A stretch of 64,000 bases of DNA from Candidatus Hydrogenedentota bacterium. Lineage in GTDB: Bacteria > Hydrogenedentota > Hydrogenedentia > Hydrogenedentales > SLHB01. The notes beneath the pieces are model-generated. The model was not told the origin of the DNA and did no database searches. It saw only the letters and a list, made by a program, of their open reading frames with translations. Positions 19,203 to 29,647 of this stretch are shown here, in pieces. Location: contig CAXXTH010000017.1 in the NCBI GenBank assembly GCA_963668025.2, forward strand, positions 832,001-896,000, read 5' to 3'. The position numbers and the translations under genes were made by a program. Every line of letters begins with the position of its first letter. Position 1 is the stretch's first letter.

Positions 19203-21455
19203 ATGAGTTTGCGTGAAGATGCCTTAAATTATCACCGTTGCGGGCGCAAGGGGAAAATCGAGGTCGCGGCGACGAAGCCGTGCCTGACCCAGCGGGACCT
19301 CTCGCTGGCGTATACGCCGGGCGTGGCGGCACCGTGCCTGGACATCGAGAAAGACCCGTCCCTCGTCTTTGATTACACCGCGAAAGGCAATCTGGTGGCG
19401 GTGATCTCGAACGGCACGGCGGTGCTCGGGCTGGGCGATATCGGGGCCATGGCGGGCAAGCCGGTCATGGAGGGCAAAGGGGTGTTGTTCAAACGGTTCG
19501 CGGATATCGACGTGTTCGATATCGAGCTGGACTCCCACGACCCGGAAGCCATCGTACAGGCCGTGAAGCTCATGGAGCCCACCTTCGGCGGCATTAACCT
19601 CGAGGACATCAAAGCGCCCGAATGCTTTTACATCGAGGAGCGCCTCAAGGAGCTGATGGACATCCCCGTGTTTCATGACGACCAGCATGGCACGGCGATC
19701 ATCTCGGGCGCGGGGCTTCTAAACGCCCTCGAAGTCGTGGGCAAGCGCATCGAGGACGTGCGCATCGTGTTCAACGGCGCGGGCGCGGCGGGGATTGCTT
19801 GCGCGAAGCTCTACATCAAGCTTGGCGTCCGGCCCGAAAACCTCTATTTGTGCGACAGCAAAGGCGTTATTTATAAAGGCCGCACGGCGGGCATGAATCC
19901 GTACAAGGAGGCGCTGGCCGTCGAGACGGACGCCCGCACGCTCGAGGACGCCATGCGGGGCGCGGATGTGTTCGCGGGGCTGTCCGCGGCGAACACGGTG
20001 ACGAAGGACATGGTGCGCTCGATGGCGGCCAATCCAATCATCTTCGCCATGGCCAATCCGGACCCGGAGATCACCCCCGAGGACGCGATGTCGGTGCGCG
20101 ATGACCTCATCATGGCCACGGGACGCAGCGATTATCCGAACCAGATCAACAATGTGCTGGGCTTTCCGTTCATATTCCGGGGCGCGCTCGATGTGCGCGC
20201 GCGGGCCATCAACGACGAAATGAAGATCGCGGCCACGCACGCCCTCGCCGATTTGGCTAAGCAACCCGTGCCTTACCAGGTCGCCCAGGCCTACGGCGTC
20301 GGCCATCTCCAGTTCGGGCGCGACTACATCATCCCGAAGCCCTTCGACCCGCGCGTGCTCATCTGGGAGGCGTCGGCGGTGGCGAAGGCGGCCATGGAAA
20401 CGGGCGTGGCGCGCATCCAGATCGACATCGACGAATACCGCGAGCGCCTCGAGGCGCGGCTGGGTTATGGCCGGAAGATTATGCGCACCATGATCAACAA
20501 GGCGCGAAAGGCCCCGAAGCGCATCGTGTATCCCGAGGGCGACCATGCGCCCATCCTCAAGGCCTGCGAGACGATCCTCGACGAGGGCATCGCCCAGCCC
20601 ATCCTGCTCGGCCCCGCGAAACGCATCGAGTCCATGATGGACGAATTGGGGCTAAACCTGAAGAGCCGCGTCGAGATCATCGACCCGCGCAACACGGACC
20701 GCCACGACCACTACGAAGAGCACCTGTACGAACTGCGCCAGCGCAAGGGCGTCACGCGGCAATTCGCCCACGAGCTCATGGTGATGCGCAATTATTTCGG
20801 CGCGATGATGGTCCATCACGGCGACGCCGACGGCCTGGTGTCGGGCCTGACGAGCCAGTACGCCGATACGCTGCGCCCCGCCCTCCAGATCATCGGCGCG
20901 CGGCCGGGCGTGAAGAAGGTTGCCGGCATGAACATGCTCGTGACGCGCGACCAGATCTATTTCTTTGCCGATGTGACGGTGAATGTCATGCCCACTGCGG
21001 AGGAACTGGCGGATATCGCCCTGCTTTGCGCGGACGCCGTACGGCGCTTCGACATCGAGCCGCGCATCGCCATGATCTCCTTCACGAATTTCGGCGGCGT
21101 GCGGTTTCCCGAGAACGAGAAGATGCGCCAGGCGGTGGAATTGGTGCGGGCGCGCGAGCCTAAGCTTATTATTGATGGCGAAGTGCAGGCCGACATCGCC
21201 ATAAGCCCCGAGATTCTGCGGCGCGATTTCCCCTTCACCACACTGCAAGACGGTGCGAACGTGCTCATATTCCCCTGCCTGACATCCAGCAATTCCGCCC
21301 TCCGCATTGTACAGCGCCTGGGAGGAGCAGAAGCCATCGGGCCCATCCTGCTGGGCATGGACAAGCCCGTCCACGTGCTGCAATACGGCGGCTATAATGA
21401 GATTGATGTGATCCACATGACCGCCTTGGCGGCCGTCGACGCACAAGAGAAGTAG
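19203..21455 (+). CDS. maeB: NADP-dependent malic enzyme with C-terminal PTA-like domain
   Basis: [47 protein letters not shown], then a PTA domain (RIVYPEG...DGEVQAD). Confidence 0.95.
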   Translation: MSLREDALNYHRCGRKGKIEVAATKPCLTQRDLSLAYTPGVAAPCLDIEKDPSLVFDYTAKGNLVAVISNGTAVLGLGDIGAMAGKPVMEGKGVLFKRFADIDVFDIELDSHDPEAIVQAVKLMEPTFGGINLEDIKAPECFYIEERLKELMDIPVFHDDQHGTAIISGAGLLNALEVVGKRIEDVRIVFNGAGAAGIACAKLYIKLGVRPENLYLCDSKGVIYKGRTAGMNPYKEALAVETDARTLEDAMRGADVFAGLSAANTVTKDMVRSMAANPIIFAMANPDPEITPEDAMSVRDDLIMATGRSDYPNQINNVLGFPFIFRGALDVRARAINDEMKIAATHALADLAKQPVPYQVAQAYGVGHLQFGRDYIIPKPFDPRVLIWEASAVAKAAMETGVARIQIDIDEYRERLEARLGYGRKIMRTMINKARKAPKRIVYPEGDHAPILKACETILDEGIAQPILLGPAKRIESMMDELGLNLKSRVEIIDPRNTDRHDHYEEHLYELRQRKGVTRQFAHELMVMRNYFGAMMVHHGDADGLVSGLTSQYADTLRPALQIIGARPGVKKVAGMNMLVTRDQIYFFADVTVNVMPTAEELADIALLCADAVRRFDIEPRIAMISFTNFGGVRFPENEKMRQAVELVRAREPKLIIDGEVQADIAISPEILRRDFPFTTLQDGANVLIFPCLTSSNSALRIVQRLGGAEAIGPILLGMDKPVHVLQYGGYNEIDVIHMTALAAVDAQEK

Positions 21456-21466
21456 AAGACAAAAAA

Positions 21467-21502
21467 GCGGGGAGAACCTTTTTGCAAAAAGGTTCTCCCC
21501 GC
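21467..21502. terminator. Perfect 36-bp palindrome after maeB (terminator or repeat element)
   Basis: GCGGGGAGAACCTTTTTG|CAAAAAGGTTCTCCCCGC, with an A-run on the left. Confidence 0.6.
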
Positions 21503-21541
21503 ACCCCTCTCCAAAAACCTTTGATTTGACGTTGTTGTTTT

Positions 21542-21570
21542 CGTGGCATGGGCATCTCGCCCATGCCACG
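21542..21570. repeat. REP-like palindrome (family A) forming the 5' exon of intron copy 1
   Basis: CGTGGCATGGGC-ATCTC-GCCCATGCCACG, same family as REPs at 53555, 58296 and 62006. Confidence 0.7.
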
Positions 21571-21575
21571 ATTTT

Positions 21576-23472
21576 GTGTGCCAAGCATGGCGCGGATCTA
21601 AGGGGTGTAAGTCCCCCTGCAAGCCCTGATGGTGGGAATTGCTAGCCAAGAGCAAGGGCGTCGCCGCGAGGCGGGGTCTGGAGGAAGCAGGAGGCAAAAG
21701 TCGGACTCGACGCACAGAAACCGGATAGAAGGCCGGGGTGGCGGGGCAAGCCAGCAATGGATGGCGACGCCCAATAACCATTCGGACACACACCTTGGTA
21801 AATCCGGCGAGGCCCGGCGGAAAGAGGCGCGTCTTACCTTGGGAGACCTGTTCATCTGTCTGGAAGAGCCAGACTAGCGGGATGGCAACATGTCGCGAGG
21901 GGTGTGGGCAGGAGTCAGCCGAGGCCATAATACCCGCAAGGGGAAGGGCCGAATCGATCATTCAAGGAGCAGCATTGAACGTCTCGTGGGATAGGGAGCG
22001 GCAGGAAGTAGCAGGTTGCCAGATGGAGTTCCCACTGGAGTCGGCTTGCCACGGCGCAATCGGAGAAGGCGGAACCGAATCGGATGCGTTCGAGGCGCGG
22101 CAACTATCCCCGGCGGCGAACAAGAGGCGAGCCTTGACGCAAGACTTGATGGAACGGGTCGCGAGTCTTGCGAACCTGACGGAAGCGGTACGCCGGGTGC
22201 AACGGAACAAAGGCGCGGCGGGTGCGGACGGCATGAGCGTACGCGACCTGAAGCGTTGGTTTCCGGAACACTGGCGGGGACTGCAAGAGGAACTGACGGC
22301 AGGGCGCTACCGTCCCCAACCGGTGTTGGGAGTGCAAATCCCCAAGCCGGGCGGGGGGATGCGGCAACTGGGCATTCCGACGGTGGTGGACCGAGTCGTG
22401 CAACAAGCGCTCTTGCAGGCTCTCGAACCGCTTCTAGACCCGGCCTTCTCGGAAAGCAGTTATGGATTTCGTCCAAGGCACAATGCACATCAGGCGCTGC
22501 GGCAAGCCAGCACGTACGTAAGCGAAGGCCGCTGCATTGTTGTGGACATGGACCTGGAAAAATTCTTCGACCGGGTCAACCACGACATCCTGATGGCGCG
22601 CGTGGCGCGGCACGTGTCAGACAAACGCGTACTCCGACTCATCCGCTGGTTTCTTGAAGTCGGCATGATGCAGAACGGCGTATGCATCGAACGATACGAA
22701 GGGACCCCGCAAGGCGGTCCTCTATCGCCGCTGCTGGCCAACCTGCTCTTGGACGACCTGGACAAGGAGTTGGAGAAACGAGGGCATCGTTTTTGCCGCT
22801 ATGCGGACGACTGCAACATTTACGTGCAGACGATACGCGCGGGAGAACGTGTCCTGACATCGGTCACGCAGTTCCTTGAGGGGAAGCTGAAACTACGGGT
22901 GAACCGCGAGAAGAGCGCGGTGGCGTTCGTGGGAGAGCGGAAATTTTTGGGTTATCGCTTGCTGGGTGGGGGGCGATTGGGCATCGCGCCCAAGAGCCTC
23001 GACCGGGCGAAAGACCGCATCCGCGACATCACGCGACGCAACCGCGGCGACGCCAAAGTGCGCCAGATGATTGAGGAGCTCAACAGCTTCCTGAGCGGCT
23101 GGATAACCTACTATCGGTTTGCCGAAGCAAAGGGCCATCTGGAACGCCTCGGGGAATGGATGCGGCGCAAACTGCGCTGCGTCATCCTCAAACGCCTCAA
23201 GCGCACGAAAACCATAGCGGACTTCCTTAGAAAACTAGGCGTGCCGCAATTTCAGGCGTGGATACTCGCAGGGTCCGGGAAGGGCTGGTGGCGCAAAGCG
23301 GGGAGTCCTCCCGCGCAACACGCCATGGACAAACAATGGTTCGCGAAACAAAAACTGATAGACCCGGTTCAACGGTACGAAACGTTCAAAAATGACCGAA
23401 ACCGCCGTGGTACCGAGCAGGTATGCCCGGTGGTGTGAGAGGGGGGGACCGTGAGGAACCCCCCTACTCGAT
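21576..23472 (+). mobile_element. Group II intron, class C (IIC), copy 1 (1897 nt)
   Basis: 5' GTGTG; short DV with CGC triad (ACCGCCGTGGTACCGAGCAGGTATGCCCGGTGGT); DVI ending CTACTCGAT; follows hairpin + TTTT. Boundaries are supported by where identity with copy 2 starts and stops. Confidence 0.92.
21975..23438 (+). CDS. ltrA: Group II intron reverse transcriptase/maturase, no endonuclease domain
   Basis: RQLGIPTVVDR, DLEKFFDRVNHD, GTPQGGPLSPLLAN, RYADD, domain X. CDS runs into DV. TTG start after AAGGAG. Confidence 0.93.
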   Translation: MNVSWDRERQEVAGCQMEFPLESACHGAIGEGGTESDAFEARQLSPAANKRRALTQDLMERVASLANLTEAVRRVQRNKGAAGADGMSVRDLKRWFPEHWRGLQEELTAGRYRPQPVLGVQIPKPGGGMRQLGIPTVVDRVVQQALLQALEPLLDPAFSESSYGFRPRHNAHQALRQASTYVSEGRCIVVDMDLEKFFDRVNHDILMARVARHVSDKRVLRLIRWFLEVGMMQNGVCIERYEGTPQGGPLSPLLANLLLDDLDKELEKRGHRFCRYADDCNIYVQTIRAGERVLTSVTQFLEGKLKLRVNREKSAVAFVGERKFLGYRLLGGGRLGIAPKSLDRAKDRIRDITRRNRGDAKVRQMIEELNSFLSGWITYYRFAEAKGHLERLGEWMRRKLRCVILKRLKRTKTIADFLRKLGVPQFQAWILAGSGKGWWRKAGSPPAQHAMDKQWFAKQKLIDPVQRYETFKNDRNRRGTEQVCPVV

Positions 23473-23565
23473 TACCGTTGATTTGGATTTGCACCGCGCG
23501 ATGACCGCCATCGTGCTACATACAATTTTAGTAATACTTTAACCGACTGAAGAAAGAGCTGTTTT

Positions 23566-23722
23566 TTTTGACATGATTTACATGATGGACAAGATTGGAC
23601 AAGATCGCCAGGATTATTTGCAAATCTGAACGTTAATCTAGAAAGTATCCGGGCGCGTTCTTTTGTGTAGCAAAATTGCCATCAAAAAAAATCTTGTCCC
23701 ATCTTGTAAATCATGTCTAAAA
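23566..23722. repeat. Inverted-repeat element with 9-10-nt periodic arms
   Basis: Left TTTTGACATGATTTACATGATGGACAAGAT(TGGACAAGAT); reverse complement of the right arm TTTTAGACATGATTTACAAGATGGGACAAGAT. Confidence 0.65.
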
Positions 23723-23907
23723 ATAAATGCCTCCATTATAGGCGGTTTATTATGTATTCTCAGTTCAAAAACTGTCCCGGTACTTTCACTTCAGTCGGCT
23801 AAATTGTTACCAATTTTAAACCGCTTTATATGGGTGCAACAAAAATATTTGAGGCCGGCCCGCCTCCGGCGGACCGGCCTTCTGGAGGAGGAGGCGCCAT
23901 TCCGTAG

Positions 23908-25164
23908 CTACTTGGCCACGGCGGCCTGTTGAGGAGCAGTAATGTGTCCGGCCACTATGCGGGCCGTGTCTTCTGCTATAACGAGTTCTTCGTTCGTTTT
24001 GATGACAAGGGCTTTACAGGTCGAATCGTCCGTGCTGATCACGCACTCGTTGCGCGCATTGCGGTCCGCGTCGAGATGGCAGCCGAGGTATCCGGCGTTG
24101 GCCAGGATGCGCTTACGCATCGCGAAGCCGTTCTCTCCGATGCCCGCCGTGAATACGATAGCGTCGCAGCCGCCCATGACCATCGCGTAGTTGCCGATGA
24201 ATGCCGCGACGCGGTACGCGAACATCTCGAGCGCCAGCTCGCACAGCTCATCGCCCGCCGCCGCGCGCTTTTCAATGTCGCGCATGTCATTATGGCCGCT
24301 CACGCCCAGCAAGCCGCTCTGCTTGTTCAGCGTGGTATCCACTTCATCCACGGTCATCCCGAGGGCCTTGGTCATGAACAACGGCAGATAGGGGTCCAAA
24401 TCTCCGGGGCGCGTGCCCATCATGAGCCCGCCCAGCGGCGTCAGGCCCATGCTCGTATCCACGCATTTTCCGCCCTTCACCGCTGAAACACTGCTGCCAT
24501 TGCCCAGGTGGCACGTGATCACCCGCGTGTCCTTGGCTGGCATATCGAGCAATTCAACGGCTTTTTTCGAGACGAACAAGTGCGAGGTGCCGTGGAAGCC
24601 ATATTTGCGCACGCCGTGTTCGGTATACAGTTTGCGGGGCAGGGGATATTGATACGCCACCGGCGGAATCGAGGCATGGAAGGCCGTGTCGAAGACCGCG
24701 ACTTGCGGCACGTCCGGGAATATTTCCTGGCACGCCCGAATGCCTTGCAGCGCGGGCGGATTGTGGAGCGGGGCCAGTTTGCAACATTTCTCGATGCAGC
24801 CAATTACGGCGTCGTCGATCAATACCGAATCACTGAATTCTTCACCGCCATGCACCACGCGATGGCCGATGCCCACGATCTCCGAGATATCCTCGATGAT
24901 GCCGCATTGCTCGCTCAAGAGTATCTTGCAGATCGCATTGATGGCGGCCCGGTGGTCCGGAAGATTAATCTCCCCTGCTTTACCGAACATCTGCGCCGCG
25001 CATTCTTTAGAATGGACTAAACCGCAATCGCAATTAATATTTGCCGTGCAACCGCCCACCCGTTCAATAAGCCCATGGGCCAAATCCACGGATTTTCCGT
25101 TGCTACATTCAAACACCCGGTACTTCACGGAAGAAGAACCGGTATTCAACACAAGGACTTTCAT
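23908..25164 (-). CDS. ackA: Acetate kinase
   Basis: VLNTGSSSVKY, GHRVVHGG, LAPLHNP, KYGFHGTSH, CHLGNGSS, DTSMGLTPL, FTAGIGEN, TNEEL. Confidence 0.96.
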   Translation of the reverse strand: MKVLVLNTGSSSVKYRVFECSNGKSVDLAHGLIERVGGCTANINCDCGLVHSKECAAQMFGKAGEINLPDHRAAINAICKILLSEQCGIIEDISEIVGIGHRVVHGGEEFSDSVLIDDAVIGCIEKCCKLAPLHNPPALQGIRACQEIFPDVPQVAVFDTAFHASIPPVAYQYPLPRKLYTEHGVRKYGFHGTSHLFVSKKAVELLDMPAKDTRVITCHLGNGSSVSAVKGGKCVDTSMGLTPLGGLMMGTRPGDLDPYLPLFMTKALGMTVDEVDTTLNKQSGLLGVSGHNDMRDIEKRAAAGDELCELALEMFAYRVAAFIGNYAMVMGGCDAIVFTAGIGENGFAMRKRILANAGYLGCHLDADRNARNECVISTDDSTCKALVIKTNEELVIAEDTARIVAGHITAPQQAAVAK

Positions 25165-25263
25165 AACTTCCTTTCTTCTCGCCGCCCATTCAGGCGGTGG
25201 CAGGCTCGAGTGCGCCTGTCCCATTACATTGTAACCTCAATTGCTCAAAACCGGCAACTCGTT

Positions 25264-26283
25264 TTATGCGTTTCTTTTCCGAGTGATTTGGCCCTGTACC
25301 ACCGTAATGGCCGCAACGCCTACGATATCCTCCGCCACGCATCCGCGTGATAAGTCATTGACTGGCAATCGGATACCCTGGATGATGGGGCCGTACGCCT
25401 CCGCGTTCGCCAATCGCTGCACCAGCTTATACGCGGAATTTCCGCAGTTCAGGTCGGGAAATACTAGCACGCGCGCCTTACCCGCCACGGGGCTGCCGGG
25501 AGCTTTCGACGCGCCCACCTTCTCGACGATGGCCGCGTCCACTTGGAGTTCGCCGTCCAGCACGACGCCCTCTTCCGGCTTGAAATGGCTGCCGAGCCGT
25601 TCGAGGGCGATGCGCGTCGCCTCGACTACTTTCTCCGTCAAATGGCTTTTCGCCGAGCCCTTGGTGCTGTAGGAGATCATCGCGACCGTCGGCGGAATGC
25701 CAAAACTCAACGCCGTCCGCGCGGACGACAAGGCGATCTCCGCAAGCTGTTCGGTGTTGGGGTCTTCCACCAAGCCCGAATCCGCGAAGATAAACGTCCG
25801 TCCATCCGCTTCCGGCATGGCCATGAAGAAGAAGGCCGATACGATGGAACTGCCGGGGGCCGTACGTAGAATCTGGAGCGCGGGGCGCAAAGTGTCGCCC
25901 GTGGAATGAATCGCACCGGCGACGAGCCCGCCGCCTAAACCCTTGTGCAGCATCATCATGCCATGGGGAATGGGCTGGAGCATCGTGGCGCGGGCTTGCT
26001 CCTCGGTAAGCCCCTTCGCTTTGCGCATTTGATAAAACTCGTCGATGAACGCGTCCAAATGGCCCGCCGCCGCCGGGTCCACCAGCTCGAATTCGCGCGT
26101 GATGCCGAGTTCCGCCTGTTTCGCCGCCACTTGATCCCGTGCGCCTACTAATACGACGTGGGCAATGCCCTTGTCCTCGATTTGCACCGCCGCGTGGAGC
26201 GTGCGCTCATCTTCCGGCTCAGGCAAGATAATGGTGCAGGGATCTTGTTGCGCCTTTGCGATGATGGTGTCAATGAATTTCAT
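25264..26283 (-). CDS. pta: Phosphate acetyltransferase
   Basis: IILPEPEDERTL, DGELQVDAA, VFPDLNCGNSAYKLVQR, PVNDLSRGC. Upstream of ackA. Confidence 0.95.
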   Translation of the reverse strand: MKFIDTIIAKAQQDPCTIILPEPEDERTLHAAVQIEDKGIAHVVLVGARDQVAAKQAELGITREFELVDPAAAGHLDAFIDEFYQMRKAKGLTEEQARATMLQPIPHGMMMLHKGLGGGLVAGAIHSTGDTLRPALQILRTAPGSSIVSAFFFMAMPEADGRTFIFADSGLVEDPNTEQLAEIALSSARTALSFGIPPTVAMISYSTKGSAKSHLTEKVVEATRIALERLGSHFKPEEGVVLDGELQVDAAIVEKVGASKAPGSPVAGKARVLVFPDLNCGNSAYKLVQRLANAEAYGPIIQGIRLPVNDLSRGCVAEDIVGVAAITVVQGQITRKRNA

Positions 26284-26629
26284 AGGTTCCTCTCTTGTTT
26301 CGCCCCGCTGGGCGGATAGGATGCACACATATTCCGCGGCTGCGCCGACATTACATCAGGGGCATTACTGCTTGTTTTTTGGGAATTTCCTCAATCAACC
26401 AAATGCCTCGCACACATGAGAATCGTTCAACCTGTCTCTTGGCGGGCATTTGCGCATGAAAATCCCTGAACAAGGAAGCATGATTCATGCCGGACGATCC
26501 GCGAAAATCCCGAAAAACCAGTATCTCATTATCGGCCAAGTGGTTACTATTCAACATGCTGCTATACCGTTAGGTCAAGTTGCTTCAGAGCTTCGCCCAA
26601 GGGACAATATTGTTCAGGACACATCTGTC

Positions 26630-28360
26630 CTAATCGTCAGCAGGGCGCTCGATTTCCCAGGCTTTCATTTTTTGGTACAGGGTATTGCGGGCCATGCCCA
26701 GGATGCGCGCCGATTTGGCGATATTCCAATCCGTTTGTTTCAATACCGTTAAAATCTGCTCGATGGTTTCACCGGTATCCTCGGCGTCGTGGAGTTCGAG
26801 GTCGTATCTGTTTTCATGCGTGAATTCGGGGGGCAAATGTTCCGGCAGCAGCATGGAGCCGCGGCACACAATGAAAGCCCGTTCGATGCAATTCTCGAGT
26901 TCGCGCACATTGCCCGGCCAGGCATGCTTCATAAATAGGGCCATGGTTTCCGGGGCGGCCCCTTCAATCGATTTTTTGAATAGGACGTTGTAGCGGCGGC
27001 AAAATTGCTCGACCAGCAAGGGGATATCTTCGAGGCGCTCGCGCAGGGCGGGCAAGTCAATGCGCACCACATTCAGGCGGTAATACAGGTCTTGGCGGAA
27101 TTCGCCTTTCTGAATCTTGCGTTCGAGGCGCTGGTTGGTGGAGGCGATCACCCGCACATCCGTACGAATGGGCGTCGATGAGCCTACCCGCTCGAATTCC
27201 CGTTCCTGGAGAACGCGTAACAAGCGAAGTTGGAGGCGCGGCGTGATGTCGCCCACCTCATCCAGCAGGATGGTGCCGCCGTTGGCCGCCTCGAACCGGC
27301 CGATGCGGTCTTTATGAGCGCCCGTGAACGCGCCCTTCACGTGGCCGAAGAGTTCGCTTTCGAGGATATTTTCGGATAGCGCCGCGCAATTGACCTTGAG
27401 AAACGGGCCTTTGGCGCGCGGGCTTCCATGGTGCAGGGCCGCCGCCACCAATTCCTTCCCCGTGCCGCTCTCGCCATAAATAAGGACCGTCGAGTCGGTC
27501 TCAGCCAGCTCCTTGATCAGGCTGAAGATCTCTTGCATCCGCACGCTTTTGCCGATCATATCGCGGTATTGCTGGGTCTCTTCGACTTGCCGTTCCAAGC
27601 GGGTGAGGCGCGTCACATCGCGGATCATCAGGAGCGCTCCGCCGAAAGCGCCCTCGTCGTAGAGCAATGGAGCAGCGCTTACGACGATGACTTTTTCGAT
27701 GCCGCCAGTTAGTGTGAGTTCGATATGGCGTTCGAGGACAGGCTTGCGGGTATGAAGGGTTTGTTCGAGGGCTTCGCGGGCGGCTTCGAGGCGCCTGGGC
27801 AACAACTCTCGAAAGGGCCTGCCCGCGAGTTGCGCCAGGCTAAGGCCTAGGATGCTTTCCGCAGTGGCGTTGGCTTGGCGGATCCGCATATCCGCATCCA
27901 CCGTGATAATGCCTTCATTGACGCTATTAAAGATCGCCTCGAGATCGCGGCGGTAGCGGTCCAGTTCCGCAGCGTAATGGTCGCGCTCCGCGGTGAGCCG
28001 CCGCCGATCCACGGCCAATCGGGCCACCCGCGTAATATCCTGCCGCGTGACCGGCTTGGCGAGATAATCAAACGCGCCGAGGCGTACGGCCTCGGAAGCC
28101 GTCTCGACATTCGGTTCGCCGGTAATCATGACCACGGGGCAATTGAGGCCTTGCTCGCGGATGGTGCGCAGGAGGTCCACGCCGGTGCGCCCCGAGAGAA
28201 TGATATCCGTGATAACCACATCGAACTCGATCCGGTCGATCAAGTCCATGGCTTCCGAATAATCTTCCGCCGTATGGACCTCATACCCTTCTTCTCGAAG
28301 GAACTCTCCGAACGTCAGCCGAAGCACCGCCTCGTCTTCTAGGATCAACACGCACGCCAT
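26630..28360 (-). CDS. Sigma54-dependent activator, REC-PAS-AAA+-HTH
   Basis: REC (ILEDE...TDI...AKP), PAS (VNEGIITVD), GESGTGKE, GAFTGA, WPGNVREL, Fis HTH. Confidence 0.92.
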   Translation of the reverse strand: MACVLILEDEAVLRLTFGEFLREEGYEVHTAEDYSEAMDLIDRIEFDVVITDIILSGRTGVDLLRTIREQGLNCPVVMITGEPNVETASEAVRLGAFDYLAKPVTRQDITRVARLAVDRRRLTAERDHYAAELDRYRRDLEAIFNSVNEGIITVDADMRIRQANATAESILGLSLAQLAGRPFRELLPRRLEAAREALEQTLHTRKPVLERHIELTLTGGIEKVIVVSAAPLLYDEGAFGGALLMIRDVTRLTRLERQVEETQQYRDMIGKSVRMQEIFSLIKELAETDSTVLIYGESGTGKELVAAALHHGSPRAKGPFLKVNCAALSENILESELFGHVKGAFTGAHKDRIGRFEAANGGTILLDEVGDITPRLQLRLLRVLQEREFERVGSSTPIRTDVRVIASTNQRLERKIQKGEFRQDLYYRLNVVRIDLPALRERLEDIPLLVEQFCRRYNVLFKKSIEGAAPETMALFMKHAWPGNVRELENCIERAFIVCRGSMLLPEHLPPEFTHENRYDLELHDAEDTGETIEQILTVLKQTDWNIAKSARILGMARNTLYQKMKAWEIERPADD

Positions 28361-28690
28361 GAAACATTCCCTATCTGGATTAGCCTCTAAGGCGATCATA
28401 CGGGCCTGTCATACCGGTGTCAAAAATAGCCGGGAAACAGAAGTATCGCGGCAACCCGTCTTCTAGGATAACATTTTACCAAGCGTCAAGAATGGCCTGC
28501 GTGGACGCCGGTCGAAATATAGAATATAACGAGTCGATTCCGCTGCGATACCGCATACAATGCCAAAACCATCAGATGTTTGTTGAATCGAAGATATGGT
28601 AGAAACAGCTCTTGGTTCGGATGTTTCTCCGAATTTATTGGGATAACTGCTGGAACCTGGAAAACGCCGGGAGATTTCAGGTATCGTTGA

Positions 28691-29191
28691 ATGAGCAGCG
28701 TGAAGAGGCATTTCATGGAGGTGCGTGCGGTGAATGACGAGATGTTCTTCTCCACGGACAATAAATCCCTGCGCCGGGGGAAACGGCGCGCCGCTCGTAC
28801 GGAGACCTGCCGCCCCTGCACCGTGTGGGTGGTGGAGGCGTCTGAGGTCATGTTTCATGGCGTTGTAGTGGACGTCAATCCGTATGGCATGTGCGTCCGC
28901 ATGATGGATAGCTTGCCGCCGGGCACGCACATCAAAGTGCAATTGATGCGGGATGAGGATTTTAATATACCGCTCGCGGCGGCGCTTAACGGCATGGTGG
29001 TGCGCAACCAGGAAACGCATGATGGGTTTGTGGATCATGGCGTCCAACTCGAACGGGAAGAGATTCGCCCTATAGAAACCTCGAAACTGCTGCCTGCCGC
29101 GCGCAAACGGGTGGCGCGGACCCGCCGTAGCGGCGGGCAATCCCGCATGCATACATCGGATATCATCAATAACCGGCTGCGGGGGCGCTGA
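28691..29191 (+). CDS. PilZ domain protein
   Basis: RRAAR (RxxxR) and DVNPYG (DxS/NxxG) c-di-GMP-binding motifs. Confidence 0.75.
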   Translation: MSSVKRHFMEVRAVNDEMFFSTDNKSLRRGKRRAARTETCRPCTVWVVEASEVMFHGVVVDVNPYGMCVRMMDSLPPGTHIKVQLMRDEDFNIPLAAALNGMVVRNQETHDGFVDHGVQLEREEIRPIETSKLLPAARKRVARTRRSGGQSRMHTSDIINNRLRGR

Positions 29192-29192
29192 C

Positions 29193-29570
29193 ATGGGCGG
29201 ACAAAAGATCCTCGTGGTCGATGATGAGCCAGATGTGCTTGATATGATTGTCCGCACGCTCGAAGCGGACGGATTCCGCACCGTGTCCGCGTTTGATGGT
29301 TTAAGCGCGCTCGACTTAGCGGAATCCGAGCAGCCGGACCTGGTGCTGCTGGATATCATGATGCCGATGATGAGCGGTTATGAAGTCATCGAGCAGCTCA
29401 AGTCGAATCCACAAACCCAGCGCATTCCCATCATATGCCTCACTTCGGCCGAAAGCATCACCGCACGCGCACGCAGCCGGAAAGCTGGCGCGGCCAAGTT
29501 GATCATGAAGCCCTTCTCGCCTGCGGAATTGGTGCATGAACTTCATGCGGTGCTCGCTCAGGAAGCGTAG
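29193..29570 (+). CDS. Single-domain response regulator
   Basis: ILVVDDE...DLVLLDIMMP...LTS...MKPF. Confidence 0.9.
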   Translation: MGGQKILVVDDEPDVLDMIVRTLEADGFRTVSAFDGLSALDLAESEQPDLVLLDIMMPMMSGYEVIEQLKSNPQTQRIPIICLTSAESITARARSRKAGAAKLIMKPFSPAELVHELHAVLAQEA

Positions 29571-29647
29571 CACATTCAAGCTGGCAGGAATCACCCACGC
29601 GCCAGCGGCGTTCCAACTCTAGCATCAAATACCAAGGAGATCTGTTC

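Noticed and set aside
21738-21974. 79-aa N-terminal extension of the intron RT (566-aa ORF)
   Set aside because: Lies in the ribozyme domains and is in frame only in copy 1 because of a 2-nt indel. TTG 21975 has an RBS.
21975-23438. Retron, DGR or CRISPR-associated reverse transcriptase
   Set aside because: Clear group II ribozyme ends, domain X and duplicated full-length copies; no msr/msd, TR/VR, avd or cas1 seen.
23571-23605. CRISPR-like short repeats (also the REP copies)
   Set aside because: No regular repeat-spacer array and no cas genes in the window.
26529-26556. GCCGATAA on the minus strand upstream of pta as a sigma28 promoter
   Set aside because: No TAAA/TCAAG -35 element at the right spacing.
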